From NCBI GenBank assembly GCA_964392455.1, contig CAYMPG010000003.1:802-64801 (forward strand): DNA of 64,000 nt, in the 5' to 3' direction. Source of the stretch: an uncultured Clostridium sp. (GTDB lineage: Bacteria; Bacillota; Clostridia; Christensenellales; CAG-138). The notes beneath the pieces were generated by a model. That model was not told the origin of the DNA. It searched no databases and saw nothing but the letters and a program-made list of their open reading frames with translations. Position numbers and translations under genes: made by a program. Shown here in pieces: positions 63,624-64,000 of this stretch (its first letter is position 1; every line of letters begins with the position of its first letter).

Positions 63624-63890
63624 TCGTATTTCCTCCTGATTAATTTGCATTTTAGGGGTGCTTCCCCTTCTATATCCTTAAGTATACCTTGCACAAAATT
63701 TTTCTCAACGTGTTTATTGTGATTAATTTTAGATATATTGCTATACATTTATTGTGTATCGACTCCGGACTTTTGCATGATATTCATTTAAATCCCTCCT
63801 ATGCACACTAAAATCTGTTGTCAAGGCCACTGCGGTGCAATATAATGGGCATAAGAACAATATGTATAAAATTGTCCCGGGAGCCTTAAC

Positions 63891-64000
63891 ATGAGCAATC
63901 AGCGCTATGCTCTGGATATTTCCAAAGAAAACGACATACGTTCAAATACCAGGCTGCTGAATGTTGGCAGCGCAAAGTATACTGGCGACTGGCATTCTGT
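63891..64000 (+). CDS. AraC-family regulator, N-terminal fragment cut by the window end
   Basis: 'MSNQRYALDISKENDIRSNTRLLNVGSAKYTGDWHS' resembles the effector-binding N-terminus of AraC/XylS regulators. It is divergent from the sugar locus. Only 36 codons are visible. Confidence 0.45.
   Translation, partial: MSNQRYALDISKENDIRSNTRLLNVGSAKYTGDWHS

Noticed and set aside
62259-63722. Several long plus-strand ORFs lie antisense to well-supported genes: 62259..63722, 60009..61514, 50502..51674, 55131..56087, 59471..60274, 58574..59410, 15164..16087 and 40834..41670.
   Set aside because: Each lies entirely opposite a gene with strong family motifs and a good RBS. Their products are low-complexity or biased (G/V/L/H-rich) with no recognisable motifs. 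This is typical of shadow ORFs in GC-richer DNA.

Overview
This is a 64-kb chromosomal window from a moderately GC-rich, Clostridia-type Firmicute that is probably a spore-former. All calls rest on reading the six-frame translations, on motif-level recognition and on manual inspection of junctions; no database search was possible.

Layout, left to right:
- 1-10.6 kb: housekeeping and accessory genes. These include a macrodomain/SirTM sirtuin pair, a MATE pump, an SDR, a small alarmone synthetase, a Na/Pi cotransporter, Veg and a PadR/DUF2812 pair.
- 10.7-16.4 kb, minus strand: a cobalamin-riboswitch-controlled corrinoid/iron-type ABC uptake operon. It unusually begins with a lipoprotein CbiK homologue and two paralogous secreted proteins.
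- 16.5-31.1 kb, plus strand: a 16-gene anaerobic cobalamin biosynthesis operon (cbiD to cbiC) behind a second, divergent cobalamin riboswitch.
- 31.16-44.35 kb: a NodB-type (PdaB-like) polysaccharide deacetylase gene split in two by an insertion of about 12.4 kb.
- 44.7-57.2 kb, minus strand: a 12-gene sugar utilisation operon with a heptose-pathway-like enzyme set.
- 58.0-63.7 kb, minus strand: a lacto-N-biose/galacto-N-biose phosphorylase locus with its ABC importer, followed by a truncated AraC-type gene at the window edge.

The most interesting object is the 12.4-kb insertion. Its ends reconstruct a near-perfect palindromic serine-recombinase attP. It carries a complete type II-A CRISPR-Cas9 system (11 repeats, csn2-cas2-cas1-cas9, tracrRNA), two tandem large serine recombinases with a 43-aa upstream ORF, and a flavodoxin plus two cNMP-binding-domain-only proteins. 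It looks like a skin/SPbeta-style gene-intervening element whose cargo is a Cas9 immune system.
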